Below, one piece after another: positions 22,661 to 37,104 of a stretch of DNA of 37,258 nucleotides (positions are counted from its first letter, which is position 1; each line of letters opens with the position of its first letter). Both the position numbers and the translations under genes were made by a program. The notes under the pieces were generated by a model. The model saw only the letters and a program-made list of their open reading frames with translations. It did no database searches and was not told the DNA's origin. The DNA comes from Octopus bimaculoides (lineage: Eukaryota). The stretch is from positions 31,222,349-31,259,606 of the forward strand of contig NC_068992.1 in assembly GCF_001194135.2 (NCBI RefSeq). Direction: 5' to 3'.

Positions 22661-24539
22661 ATAGAGCCTGTGGTAGTTGCGATGCTATGGTTGTGAAAAC
22701 CATCACAGTCACAAACTACTGTGGAATTGTGATTGTAGACATTCCCCACTCTTCTTCTGAATATTCTATCTTTTTCCTTTTCCCTAAACCTTTCTCCTCC
22801 TTTCTCTTTACCTCTCTTCCTCTTTCTCACTGCCATTCACAATATCTTAAGGCGTTTTTATCGTCTATAGTGAAACTATTGGTCATATTCACTTATTATG
22901 AGATTCACATTAAGGGGAAATTACAAATTGGTAACAAATTAAGAAGATATATCGGTGCATTTCTTTCAGGTGTATGACGGCAATAAATTCATAGTGAATA
23001 TCGTCGTTTTTCAACCTTCATAATAGCTTTTTATCATATTACAGATTTATGATTATCACTTTCTTTTCTTTGTTCATACTGAAATATTTCATTAAGCAGA
23101 TCGCCTATTAGATATACTAATGGTTTCTCTCCCATGATTTATATTGGTTACACACACTGAACCAGCTTCACAGGCAAATATAAATATATTCTCTTTATTA
23201 TTTGATATAAGTGTTCACATCTCTATACTTATTTTCGCGTCACCAGAGTATTAATCAGACAATGACTTAGAACTAACACGCTTGAAGCTATACTGACTTC
23301 ATTACATTATTCGATAGCAAGAAGTATCTAATGATTTCCCAATCTGCAATAAAGATTTAGGCATCTCTATAGGAATAAGACAAAGAATGCAAGAATTAAT
23401 CTTTATATCTCTGAACTACATTATTTACAAGTACACATTTCACAAAATTTAGATTTGTCTTTGATATAATTTGTCATATGAAGATGTTTTAACATCTTAA
23501 ACTTATTTTTCTACTTCTTTACTCCAGAATCGCTACAAAGAATAACGCGACAACGTTCCTTTTGAAAGCACGCAACAAAAAGGACCACCTTTTGAGAAGG
23601 GAGACGTTCCAAGTCTCTTATTATAGCACCATAACATCTCTATTAATACTACAAACATATTTGTTTTTTTTTTCTGCTAGAAGTATAAGGATGAATTTTC
23701 AGTATGGCAATCCCTACTTTCATTTCCTCGCATCAATGTTGCTGACTCTGGAAAGGGCAATAATTGCTGCTCTTCTTCCTTTTCGCAACCATATAACGTA
23801 TTTCTAATTGGATATGCAAAAATCATATATTTGAATTTATGAAAACATTTTCAGTCAAATGCAATAAATTCAAACATTGTCGAGCATGAACGAGTATCAA
23901 TTATCGGTTGAATAGACTTTAATGAAATTACAGATGTTACCGAATTATTTACTTGTAAAATATACCACAAAATCAGTGAAATATAATTTCCTGAAGACAA
24001 TTTCAAATATGATTTCCTGAAGGCGATCTGTGAAACTATAGTCATAATCACAATACCTTTATGTCTCTCTACACTGACTTCGGTCGAACTGGATATATTA
24101 CCGAGTAAAAATGGAGGGTTTCTTCGTCTTTATCATTTAAGGACTATGCATTGCTTTCAAGTGGGACCCTGCTCATATTTTTAGTTGCATGTGAAGCAGA
24201 AGTTGATAGCATTTGTATTCCAGAATTACTTCCAAATTGAATGTAATTGATATATACAGATGTCCCAGTTACTAGAGATAAAAATTGCGTATGAAAAATA
24301 ATATCTTCATCTTCTCTTCACATTAAACTTACGAATTGTTTAAGCATGAAAGGAGGAGTTTGGAAATGTAAAGGACCAGTATGGATAACTACCAGCGAAT
24401 AATGACTTGATATTTCAAGGGAAAGTTATTTTTTTACATTATGCGTGACATGAAAAATTCATTAAACTTAAGTATGTGCTCCTTGTCGTGTTAGCGATTA
24501 TATAATTTAGTGCCTGCATATTCTTTAACAGTTTAAGTG

Positions 24540-25918
24540 CGTCTTTTTATCATTTGGAAGGAGAACATCGACAAACTTTTGGATTTCAAATCAACACTAA
24601 ATGATATAAATAATAACATTGAATTTACAATGGAATATAACAAAAAATAGCTCCCATTTTTAGATATCATGATAAAAAAGTCAACAATCAAATCATAACT
24701 GACCTCTATTATAAACCAACTGATTCTAACCAATATCTTTTCTTTAGCTCATAACACCCGAAACACATCAAAATAAATATTCCTTTCAATTTGGCAAAAA
24801 GGATTTGCACAATACAGTCTGATAGAACAACTCGGGACCTTCGTCTTCAAGACCTCAAAACAGCGCTTAGTGAAAGACAATATCCACTCTCCCTTGTAGA
24901 CTAGGGAATTAAACGTGCCAAAAGATTAGACATAAAAACACTAAGAACAACAAAACATACCACAACTCATCTCAATACACCACTATTTATATTAACACAC
25001 AACCCCAGAAACAGTGAGTCATTCAACATTATTGTGCAACACTTTCCTTTACTAACTAGAGATCCAAAAATGAACGACATCCTGAAAAGTCACAAACTCA
25101 TCAAATGCAAAAAGCAAAACAAATCGCTAAAGGGACTACTAACAAATGCGAAGCTCTACAAAACAACCACCAAACCAACAGTTAAAAAATGTGGAGGCTC
25201 ACAATGTGGAACCTGTCCCGACTTACTTGAAGGCTCGGATTTCCCTGTCAAACAACGAGATAGGTTCACAATGAAAATTAGTTTTACTTGTGCCTCTGAG
25301 AACTTAATTTATGTAATAACCTGCTCGGGTTGCGGACATGACTATATTGGACAGACGAGTATAAGCTTGATAAGGAGAACCACTCTACATAAAGAGCAAA
25401 TCCGTTTCACGCAATACAGGTAAATTCCTCTCAGTGAACATATAGAAAGATGTGCAGATAACATCAAACCAAATTTCACAGTGTTCCCCTTCTACCAGTG
25501 CAAAGACACAATCTCTCCAGAAGAACGTTTAAATAAAGAAACTTTGTTCATTATAAATTACAGAACACGTCTTAATATGCACGCATAATTACTTTCATCT
25601 TTTTACATATTTTAATTCACGATTACATTACATTTTTTTGTGTGTGTGTACACATATATATTCCCTCCCCTTACCGAAAGATGAACAGTTATCTCCCTTG
25701 CCCACAACAACACTGATAACCTATTACGTCCCCTTATTCTTCTACTTGTCAAGCCATTCACTCGTAAATATCATCACACCCAACATGGGCAAACATTTCT
25801 TCTTAAGAAAATACATATTCAAATAAGTAAACCATAATATCATAAATAGCGAAAGCGAAACCGGTCGATATATTAAAAAATTATATTAAAACTATGTAAA
25901 GTGTGTGTATTTTTCTTC
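24540..25918 (+). mobile_element. Penelope-like retroelement, 5'-truncated: RT C-terminus/thumb, Cys-rich linker, GIY-YIG endonuclease (pseudogene)
   Basis: Reads FIIWKENIDKLLDFKSTLN..IEFTME..LPFLDI, then TDLYYKPTDSNQYL..HPKHIKINIPFNLAKRICTI, then KCGGSQCGTC..FTCASENLIYVITCSGCGHDYIGQT (GIY-YIG at about 25301-25357)..H..PLSEH. Contains several stops and a frameshift, and begins just after the expected YxDD motif. Confidence 0.92.
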
Positions 25919-27330
25919 CGGATATATATATTACTGCATACCTCTCCCGCCTTTCCTTTAAGGAGTCGAGTCCTAGCGGTTTCAGCCTTTCTCAGTAGCT
26001 AAGCTATTGCAATGAGGCGATCTTCTTTGTGAAGCTTCGCTGGATTGCTTCAAGGTCTGCTGTTAATTTTACACTGTTGGTTGGCCGTAGCTGGGAGGAG
26101 TAGTACAGGCGGCTGAAGACGAATGTCCTCCAGACGACCATCATGATTTCCTCCTCTCTGGTCCTGAACGTTCTCAGGATCCAGCCAGCCAGCCGTCTGC
26201 ACTTTGTCGCCATCCTGCACTTAGAAAGCGGTATCATCACGTATGTCGATACTGAGGTCTCTTACTGATTTAGACTCTGGGATTGTAATCCCATGTGGAC
26301 AGTGTACCTTGTAAGTTCTATACCTAGCTTTGGACGCTGGAAGCGTAGGGCTTGGAATTTTTCAGCATCAATCTGCATATTATTGTCTTCAACCCATCTG
26401 TAAATTGAATCCAACTCCTGCCGCAGGGGTGCAACATCGCTGGGATTCTGTATTTTCTGCGACACTTTCGTATCACCTGCGTAGTTAGCAAGTGTAGCTA
26501 TCCGGAGAACTGTAGGCGTATCTGAGAGGGCCATTATGAAAAGCAGTGGTCCCAAGACAGTGCCATGTGGACCACCGCCCACTATATGTGTTTTCATTGA
26601 GGTGGCTGCATTGGCCACTACTGCCTTTTACTTCTATCTTTCAGAAAGTCATGCAACCACTCTCTACGTTTTCCACCTATGCCGAGTTCAAGCAGTTTGT
26701 GGCATATTATACGATGATCCACTTTATCAAAAGCTTTTGCAAAGTCAGGGTATATCACGTCCACATTTCAGTTGTTGAGCAAATCGCTCAATGCCCAGTT
26801 ATAGTGCTGCAAGAGGTGGGTCAGGTATGTCCTACCTGGCTATGCTGGGTATCACTCAGCAAGTCGTTTTCTTTAAGGAATGTGGTTAATTTCCCTCTGA
26901 CTATCTGTTCCATGACATTGCTGATATATGAAGTCAGAGAGATAGACCTATGATTTTTGGTATCTGATCTGCAACCTCCTTTATGGATTGGCAATATTAT
27001 TCCCTCCTTCAGTTTGCTTGGCAGCTTGCCATTCGCAAGGAAACTCTGTAAGAGAATCTGGAATGGTTTCGCTAGTGTACGCTTACACTATTTGAGGAGA
27101 ATTGAAGGAAAACCATCAGGACCAGCAGTTGAGTTTGCATCCACCTCATCTATGGCTAGTAGTATATCTTCTTCGTGAATATCTATATAATACATCGTAA
27201 CTGCTTCGCTGATTTCAGGTGAGGCTGCAAAGAAATCCACTGTTTCGTTCGCTTGTGTGTGTTCCAATGGTATTTCCTTTGTCTCGTCGGCGACCACAGC
27301 TATTTTTAGCGTAGCTGCCCCCTTTCCGGT
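25919..27330 (-). mobile_element. CR1-clade non-LTR retrotransposon (LINE) ORF2 RT fragment, pseudogene
   Basis: Minus-strand motifs AGPDGFPSILLK, PIHKGG..NHRSISLTS, PHGTVLGPLLF, YAGDTK (catalytic YADD disrupted, about 26466-26483), WVEDNNMQIDAEKFQ, ILRTFRTR..LEAIQRSFTKKI, LSY*ERLKPLGLDSLKERRERY. Contains frameshifts and is truncated at both ends. Confidence 0.9.
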
Positions 27331-28275
27331 CACCGAAAGTTCAGCAGGACAGGAATTGGCGGGAAGCAGTCGGCCGAAGCAGTGAGCAGAGAATTTTGGC
27401 CAGCAGAGGCAGTCGAGCTCTGGGAGCCAGCAGGATCGGTTGAGTCGAGCGGTAGCAGCCAGCCGAGGCAGTTGGGGGACAGCAGTTTGCCCGTGGAGAG
27501 GGAGCCAGTCGAAGAGATGAAGATGTATAAGTCTGACAAGAGAGAAAGCTATGGTCAGCAGAAACGCATAGAGTCCCAGAGAGAGAGGGACATAGAGATG
27601 AAGCAGTTGTACAGAGATGAAGATGAAGAATTATAAGTCTGACAGAGAGAAAAATATGGTCAGCAGAAATGTATAGAGTCCCAGTGAGAGAGAAACAGAA
27701 TTGTAGTGGCAGACTGCCTTGGTCAGTGGAAGTAGCAGACCTGAAGGAAACGAACTTCGTTGTGGTAAATGATTTTATATTATTTTAGAGAAAAATAACT
27801 CTGAGTTGTTAACTTTGTTGTTGTTAAATGCTTCTAAAAGAAAGGAAAAGAAAAGAAATACAAAAGAAAGAAGCAGAAGAACTTTGTTGTCAAATGAAAC
27901 TTGAGACACGAACTTTGCGATGTAAAAATGATTGAAAAGCTTGTAATTGTTTGGAAACTTTGTCAACGTTATTGAACTGTCATGCCATGTATTGGAATTG
28001 TTATTATGTAATGCTCTATTCTAATGTTTTAAATGTATTCTGTGATGTTATGTATGTAAAAACAAAAGGTTACCCAACGCATGGTCTTCGTGTTGTTTCT
28101 TCCTCCCCTCCTTCTGCCTGTGTTGTTCTTCGTTACGTGCTCCAGCCGGGGCTTTATTATCGGTCAGGTGACCGACAGACGAATTTGCTAGCTCACTGAG
28201 CGTACGAGCGTTCGCGCGTGCGCGGGTCCCCTCTTCGGTGTAAAGGAGGTGCTTCGCGTGCGGGCGTTCATAACA
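27331..28275 (+). mobile_element. Putative solo-LTR-like or unclassified interspersed element, 5' end missing
   Basis: GC-richer non-coding block ending ...TTCATAACA (LTR-type ACA terminus) next to a microsatellite, with a purine-rich repetitive 5' part and a CpG-rich 3' part. No PBS, PPT, second LTR or TSD seen. Confidence 0.35.
27512..27700. repeat. 106-bp-period imperfect tandem duplication
   Basis: TATAAGTCTGACA..ATGGTCAGCAGAAA..ATAGAGTCCCAG starts at 27526 and again at 27632. Confidence 0.9.
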
Positions 28276-28293
28276 ATATATATCTGTGTGTGT

Positions 28294-28341
<48 letters not shown>

Positions 28342-28772
28342 GCATGCACATCCACCCCATCCGACACATATATGGTTGTGGATAAGGGAATGTGTCAGTG
28401 AGGCTAGTCTGTTTATAAGTACGAAGTAAAATATCAGCCTTGCAGATAAAAATGACATTAATGACGACCAAATGTACATATACATATACATGCATACATA
28501 CATGCTTGTATAGAGTGTTTGAATTGATGTACGTATATTGTATATGGAGAACATTGAGACTGTCAGAATTTTGGATTATTCTTTATTAGCGCTTTCGACA
28601 AAAATGACAAAAATGGAAAGTTTCCTCGCTTTTTATGTGAATTGGGTACTTTTCTGCTATGTTTGGAAGAGGAGAAAATTTAGTTCTGTTTTTTTTTTTT
28701 AAAGAAAGAAAGAGAAAATTAAGCTACAGAACAATCGAGAAAGCGGAAGTAAAGCAAAGAGGGGAAAGATAG

Positions 28773-28808
<36 letters not shown>

Positions 28809-31800
28809 GTGTGTGTGTGTGTGTGTCTGTGTGTGTGTGTGTGTGTGCGTATGTATATATATATATATATGGAGGTTCTGTGCAATTTGCTATGATGAAC
28901 GCATTAAAATTTCATCAGAAACATATTTCTTGTTTTTCCCTCCACATTCCTTTCTCATTGCATACCTATCAAGATATTTGTAACTGTACAAGGCGGTGCT
29001 CCAGCATGGCTGCAGTCAAATGGCTGAAAAAGCAAAGGAATACACATTTTCCCGTAGTAGGAGGTAGTGACTATATGACATTTAAAGGTATCAATTTTAG
29101 GAAGTAGCATGGGAAAGATAAGACAAGAGAGAAAGAAGAAAAATAGATAGATAGAGAGATAGATGCATACATACATACATGCATACATACGTAAATATAT
29201 ACATAAATACAGTGTTAGATGCATTTCGACTGAAAGTGAGATACATCAATGCACACCAGCATATGCAAGTATACACGCACACACATTCAAACACACACAC
29301 ACACACATATGTATGCCATATTTATTCAAATAATTATCTGAACAATAAAAAAGATATACACAAACAATGTAATTGTGATAAAACGGAAATAGAAAAATGA
29401 AAAGGTTTTTGTTGTCTTAATATGGCATGAATTTTAATTCATACATCACATTTAAGGACATGTCGAAGTAGCTTTCTCTGCGGGTACTTTTTTCACTGAT
29501 TTCAATCTAAATTTATTGAAAGACTGTATCATCATTTGTTCATTGATCGGTGTTCTCTAATAGCTTAACGTTTAGAGCGGTTTTCGAGCAGAATCATGAG
29601 CTAAACTTAAATGATATATTTACTAATGTTATTTCCGGATAATGAATTCCATTAAATGTTTAAGATCTTGATATATCAAGACATCCGCTTTTGATCGCAT
29701 GTCAATATCCGTGATGTCATTCTCAAGAGACATTATACAAATCTCATGTAACTGTGACATTAGTTTCCTTGTGAAATTGTTGATCATTCCCTGCAAACTT
29801 ACCAGCTTTGTTATTACCAATCAGAAGTTCGACAGCATCTTCTAATAGCAATTCTTTTCCATCAATGTTTCCCCCAAAAATTCAGTTGTCGGCATATTCT
29901 TCTTTTATTTCGGCTCTCCACTTAATTCTTCGAAAGAATGATTTGTTTCGAATCCTTCAGAATAGGATGTTGCATTGAACACATACATTTTTGTAAGCAA
30001 TATCCGATACTTGTCATTTATTAAATAGATTAATTTGCATAAAAACTATTTCTTGGGTAAAGAATTATAAGATATTTATGTATACACTTTTACATTAAAA
30101 GTTCATGCATTAGTTGGAAGTTGAAAAAAGATGAAAAGTGTTAGAGAGAGAAAGGAGAGGAATGATGTCGAACAAGAGGTGAATAGAACGCTAATATTTC
30201 AGAGTTGACTGTGGACTGCGAAGGACAAATGTATCCAAGTCGTGTAAGAAATATAAACAGGATATATCAGAGTGAAGTATCGCCCCATTCAATAACAACG
30301 CATTGAGTGACATTAACATTTCTGATGAATTTACGTGTTTGATGTGTGAAATACTCACGAAGCTCTCAAATTATATGCTGCTACAATACAGACAATCAAT
30401 CATTGACTTTGATTACGCTTATCTGATAACATGACTAATAAAAACAAGGAATTACAGAAACGATTTTACCTAGTCTCAAACCAGAAATTACAGCAAGGTT
30501 TCAAACCATTACACATTGATCGTCAGTTTGAGACCAGGGCCTAAATATATTGCCATAAAATGCAAAGATTAGCTTCAAATAAACTGTCTCCATAAACGGC
30601 ATTAGCATCCACGTGAACATAGACCTATTGTCAGTTGATATGTAACCAATGATGTTGTAGACTTGAAAAGAAGTTGGTTTTTTTTTTTAGTATTTCCGAC
30701 AAATAATACTGCGGAAGCTTGTAGAGGGTTGACTGAATGTTATAGAAAGCTGCAAAAATGAACTCTCAAAAATAATAACGTCAAATGCTACACAGACCAC
30801 CATCGATGAACTTTGTGATGAGGTGCGTTTACTGTAGTTATTTATTCTTTGGTAACTATGAAAAATGTTCATATAACGATTCAAAAATAACTTGTATGTC
30901 GTTTAATAATTTACTGTACCTATGTAAAGGCAAATGCTTCTGTGTAATATGAAATGAGCAAATTTCTAAAAAAAAAAAAAATACTTCAGTCATTTGCAAC
31001 TAAAACACAGGCTAAACAGTATTGTGCACTATCAACAATGATTTGTAGACAAACACACTAAAATGATAAAACTTTATATATATATATATATATATAAAAT
31101 TGATGACTACACACATATTTAGCTATTTATATATACATACATGCGTGTGTCTTTGTTTCAGGGTGTTGCACTATGGAATAGAGATGGACGTAATGGAGGT
31201 GTATGAAATCGACAGTGCGATCTATTGATTCTGCACCGAGATTATTTCTGTTACTTTGGTCAGACTTGAAATCGGAAAGCAAACGCCCGAAACAAGTATA
31301 TCACCGTATTCCCCGACTGTATTACGAATGTGCCAGCTCACCAACATACAGTGTATTATGATATAGTATTTCCATTAAATTTGAAACAACATATATTCAT
31401 ATATTAAAACAATTTAATGTAATTGCTTTCATTTGAAGTATATAAATGTAAAAATCATAAATTTCAATTTTTATTCGTAATTTGACAGCATAAAATAATA
31501 ATTGGAATGGAAGAAATTTCGACTATGGTGAACGATAAACAAATCATGATTAGAATTTTTCCAGTAATAATATGTTTAATCATTTCAATGATTTGGCTCT
31601 GTCATAAGCACAGCTTAAATATATCTGTATGTATATTTTTTCTCCTCATGGAGCTCCTCTCTTTATATATAACAATGGTCTTCATTCTACATTGAGATTT
31701 TAGTATTTTCCTGCTAAATATTTCACATCGAACAATCCATAAAAAGCGTTCTTGTTTATTCAACATTACCAATATCTATTTCACTCTGCTGCTCATTGCA

Positions 31801-32073
31801 GCAATCTCAATTAGAGTATCTTATATAATTAGAGAGGGGACCGAGTAGGTGAAAATTTCAGAGGATTAACTCGCTTGAAAGCAGTAACGGTTATTGACTG
31901 CTGAAATCTTCTTTAAAATTAAATAGGAGCTGTTCATGAATATCTTCATCACATTCAACCTCATGATGTGCAGGTTACAAGATATCGGAATAACTTGATA
32001 AACTGATTGTCAAGCTATCTCCGATATCGGAGACTCGAATCAGTCTCGTCAATGTGTTAATATCAACATACAT

Positions 32074-32077
32074 GCAT

Positions 32078-32115
<38 letters not shown>

Positions 32116-32185
32116 ACCAACACAGACACACACACACAGAAATACACGCACACAAACACACACACACACACAAAAACACTCACAC
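32074..32185. repeat. (CA)n degenerate microsatellite
   Basis: Direct reading. Confidence 0.95.
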
Positions 32186-35100
32186 ATACAAATGCATACA
32201 TGCAAGTGTTCCCTTAAGGTATTTTACCAACGTGTTCAGCATTTCCTTACGAGTGGTAATATACGTTTTAAGATGATTCGGCCATAAATGAAAAATTGTA
32301 TCATGACCCACACTACTAAACAACTTCAGCATAACTAAACATAAGGAAAATTTCAAGTCCGGTCGTGTTTGCATATCTATAGCACTGGCACCAAAATTAC
32401 ACATAAAATGTCTCTGGCTGATAAGAACAAGCATATTGCAAATTCATCATCCAAGACATTTCACAGAAAGAAATGCTCCCTAGAAGGGCTTGATATTGCT
32501 GCGCTGATAGACAGAGATTAAGCCATACTTCGGAACTTGCAGCTTCGTCCTTTTCGATATTTTGCATCTACCGGAAAATAACAAAAATGTTGGTAGTTAG
32601 TCACTAATGATTGTCTACAAAACGGCAGGCCATGTGCTTTTGTTTACCTGTTTCACAGTACAAAAGAACCTAAGGCGTCCATTAAATTATCAGCACAGAG
32701 GTAACTTGATAAGCACCTCGAACATTTTTATATGTCACGCTATTCTATTTGGGGATAATGGAAATAAGAAATATTCGTAAATTCACTCAAGGTAATCTAA
32801 TAAAATCTCGTATACCCCATCTGAAAAAGAAGGTAAACTACTCGGAGCATTGTCGCTGATGGCAAAATGGACATATGTAAATGATACATGCAAACATACA
32901 CACGTGCATGAATTAATGCATGCTTACAGACTTACTGACATACACTCATGTATTCACATATAAACTCGCACGCGCGCTCACACACACAAACACATTGGTA
33001 TATACTCTATTGTAATTTGTGGCTTCAATGATATTTTGAAGACTTGAGATTTTTTATCGGATTTTCTGGAATGGATGGGATATATGCCATCGGTGTATAG
33101 GAAGAATATGATATATATATACACTATGGACAGTGTCTCGTCGGTTACCATCAATACATTTTGGTTGCATGCTGCTCAATATGAATTATTCAATTGTATA
33201 ATTGAAACAATTGTTCTGCCATTTCGTAGTTTCATGAACACTGTTTGCACACAAGGGTAGGAAACTGTTTTCTTTTCTTAATTTTATGTCATCAATACAT
33301 TTGTGAAAGTTGAATGAAAACGATAATAGTAGCAACATTTGGAATTTTACAATTTTACATGCCCTCGTTTCTCAAATTACCTTTTTCTAGATATGATTCG
33401 CTTTCCAGACATGTGTGAGATGCACTCGATATATTCTTATATGTGTGCCGTAAAATAGATAAAGAGACGTAAGGAAACGATTTTGTATATAACATATGTT
33501 TAATGTGTTTGTTGTATTTCGATGGTGTTTTAGTACCATATATGCTCAAACTAAATAAATATTATTTTAATTATTTCTATTTTTAATACGCAGTCGCATG
33601 ATACATGATACACGCTCTGACTTCTACCAAAAGAAAACAATGATTAATATTTGTAATAATTGCATAGCAATTTAAATTGCTTTTCATAATAAAACAGAGA
33701 ATGAATTGATAGTCAGCTTCGAATACAATGCGAAATAATGATATGAAATACTTTAGTTTGAACTTTGATCATCTGCAGTAACAAGTTTCACGTAACGGAT
33801 CTTGCACAATTAAGCGATCATTTATGAAAGCGACAAATCCTCCGGTATGTACATTAAATAAAGTATCAAATGATAGAAGATGGGGGTGTAGAATTACATA
33901 GAAATTATTTCGATCAAACACTATATATTCTGACAGCGAAACTCAAGAACACAGAGTAATTTTACTTTGAAGTAATCTCTTATAATTTGTAGAATTCATT
34001 GAATGTTTACTTATATATTGGTTCCTTATCACATTACTGATTTCGTTCTTTCTCTGTTTTACTTCATGATTTGCAATATTCCTAAGATTCTTTGACATGA
34101 TAATAAGAAATTGCTTAAGACTTTTTTCATTGTATATATTCACGGAACTAAGATACGAATTTTCAGACACATTCCTAATATTACATACAAAAAGTTTCTG
34201 GAATTATGCAAGTGTATTACTCTATAATATCGATATGCTGATATTTAAGATACTTCAACATCAAACAATGTGTTGAAAACTTTTCAATTTCCTATTTCAC
34301 CCTTCAGTGTTAGAATTAGTTCTCAAATATTATTTCTTTTCATATCAAAACTTCTAGTATCAATAGAGTTGGAGACAACAAACATGAAATAGAAAGAAGA
34401 TAGCGATATCTACAAGTTGAAGCATTCTTGTATGACAGTGAGTGAGTAACGCATGGCAGTATCTGTTTAGAATTAGGAATATTAAGATTTCATTGTTGTC
34501 ATGCATTTCTTTGCTGCTTTCCTAATCCTACAACAAATGAATTATTTCGTGTCATGAGTGTCAAAACAAATTTGACAAGTGACTTGTGTATAAATCCAGT
34601 TTTGGATGTAAAGAATACGCTCCCTTAGACAAAAAGTTTCATTTTCTAATAAAAACTGGTATGATATAGATTTCTCGTTATTCTGATAGATTTCATATTA
34701 TTGCGTCTTCTTCGTTCTATATATTCTCTGAAACGCATACAGAAAGCTCCTAGATATAATGACAAAGTATGCTTTCATAAAAAAAGAAATGACATTTTTT
34801 TCTTTCCAAACATATCTTTGTGTACATACCTAAACATAGCGACATCAATCTAGAGGTCGATACTTTTGAAACCATTCTATCAAAATGTATTGGAAATATG
34901 AATGGTTGCTTTTCCATATCAGAAAATTCAGCAAAGAAATAATTATAAAATACCATCAAAATCATACACTTAGGAAAATGCACACGTAAGTATAATATTT
35001 CACAGAGACACAAAAGCACAAGTGCATGGTAACAATAGTGTCCGTGATTATTATATAAATGAAAAATTATATGCTCAGACAACCAAGTGCATGAAAATAA

Positions 35101-35509
35101 TGTCTTATTTATATAAGTTTTTCAAAACTTACTTTATCAAATAATATTACCATAAGTTCATAGGAGTTTATAGATAAACTCAATATCAGCTCTCTTACAA
35201 TACTCGTTACTACCAAGTTTACCATCATGTATTAATATATTACCTTGAAAAGTCTATTTAAACATTGGTCATCACAATTTAATCTTTCTGCCAATACTTG
35301 TCACATATATACTTGTATATATCGGACAACAATTCAAGAAAATACTTGTAAATTCTGAGTCGAAGTTTAAATAAAGTTGAAATGATAATTTCGACTTATT
35401 GTTAAGGATTCGGTGCCACCCTGCATTAACTGAAAATAGACATGTGGCATGCATTTGGTGGTATTAATACTGCTATTATCAGAGGCAATATGCACAGGGA
35501 GACGTAATA

Positions 35510-35541
35510 CGTGTATGTATGTGAGTGTATTTATGTATGTG

Positions 35542-35599
<58 letters not shown>

Positions 35600-35955
35600 N
35601 NNNNNNNNNNNNNNNNNNNNNNNNNNNNNNNNNNNNNNNNNNNNNNNNNNNNNNNNNNNNNNNNNNNNNNNNNNNNNNNNNNNNNNNNNNNNNNNNNNNN
35701 NNNNNNNNNNNNNNNNNNNNNNNNNNNNNNNNNNNNNNNNNNNNNNNNNNNNNNNNNNNNNNNNNNNNNNNNNNNNNNNNNNNNNNNNNNNNNNNNNNNN
35801 NNNNNNNNNNNNNNNNNNNNNNNNNNNNNNNNNNNGTAGGTAGGTAGGTAGGTAGGTAGGTAGGTAGGTAGGTAGGTAGGTAGGTAGGTAGGTAAGTAGG
35901 TAGGTAGGTAGGTAGGTAGGTAGGTAGGTAGGTAGGTAGGTAGGTAGGTAGGTAA
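35510..35955. repeat. (TATG)/(TA)/(TG)n, gap, (GTAG)n microsatellite block
   Basis: Direct reading; N gap at 35600-35835. Confidence 0.95.
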
Positions 35956-37104
35956 AAGTAAACTTGAAGGAATAATTTAAGTACAGAGAAATGATGGTTT
36001 AAGAAGGAACTGAACAGATTAAAGGATCATAAATATCGGTATAATGGAAATGACAAACATATCTTTAATTATCATTTCAACTTCATTTAAACGTTGACTT
36101 AGAAATTACAGACATAATGGAGATGACAATTAAATAGAGAGATACAACTGAATATCCAATAATTCATTTATATTATAATAAAACATATATACTATGAATA
36201 AAATAAAAGGAAAGATAACAAAAAATCATCAAAGTACAAAGAGCCAACAATTTCGGTTAACTTATATACATTATATACCTGATATATACATGATATATAA
36301 ACAATTCAATTCACTTATATAACTATTATCTGAGCCAAGGTTTAAAGAGAAACGAAATTCCGTGTGAAGGAACGGCTGGATTATATAAAAAAAAGTTAAT
36401 ACAAATGCTTATGTATACTTATCTGTATTCCTGAATGTGTACCCACGGTTTGCGATCAGTTTAAATAAGATTCTCAGTCGACCCTATGTAAAAATATTTT
36501 TTCCGTTGCGAATCAACCTTACATCTATATACAATACTGTTCTGTAAAGAAAAACATATTAAAACAACAATTATCCTTATATCTACAATCATATTTCCTA
36601 GCTAGATCTTTCACTGTCATAGTATTATCATTTCTGTTATTGTAAAAATTGACTAATCTTTCATTACTAAAGGAAGATATATTCTTAACAAATTTTAGAT
36701 ACTGAAAAACCTCTTCTAATCCTTTTATTATTAATTATTTTTATTATATTTATATTCTTTATTAAATTGCTTGATATAAATCTGTAAAACAGCGTGACCA
36801 AATTCGTTTTTATTTGTCCTGTGTAAGGAATGATAAACCAAATATAATTATCTTTCATTATAATTAACATCATTAAGTTTTCTGGCTTGACATATGCCGT
36901 ATACTTATCCTTAAAGTTAAGTCTATTTATTCATCTATTTTCATACATATGTATTTACTAACTTGTTCCTGATAATCTTATTACTTTTGTTAATCTTATC
37001 ATTTCTGCTTACGAATAAATTGGATACATTTCTATTATTAGATCCACTCACTTAGTTGTTAACCAATTTTCCATTATTATAGAGAGACACCTTGAAGTTC
37101 CTAT

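Noticed and set aside
23528-23568. Strong acceptor followed by a short terminal frame ESLQRITRQRSF*
   Set aside because: No upstream exons or homology to support it.
29620-29990. Protein-like minus-strand stretches (GNIDGKELLLEDAVELLIGNNKAG) with a GTAAGT donor
   Set aside because: In-frame stop just upstream, no good acceptor, no family recognised.
32400-32567. Minus-strand acceptor followed by short frames (MQNIEKDEAA..., AKYRKGRSCKFRSMA*)
   Set aside because: No recognisable product and no linked exons.
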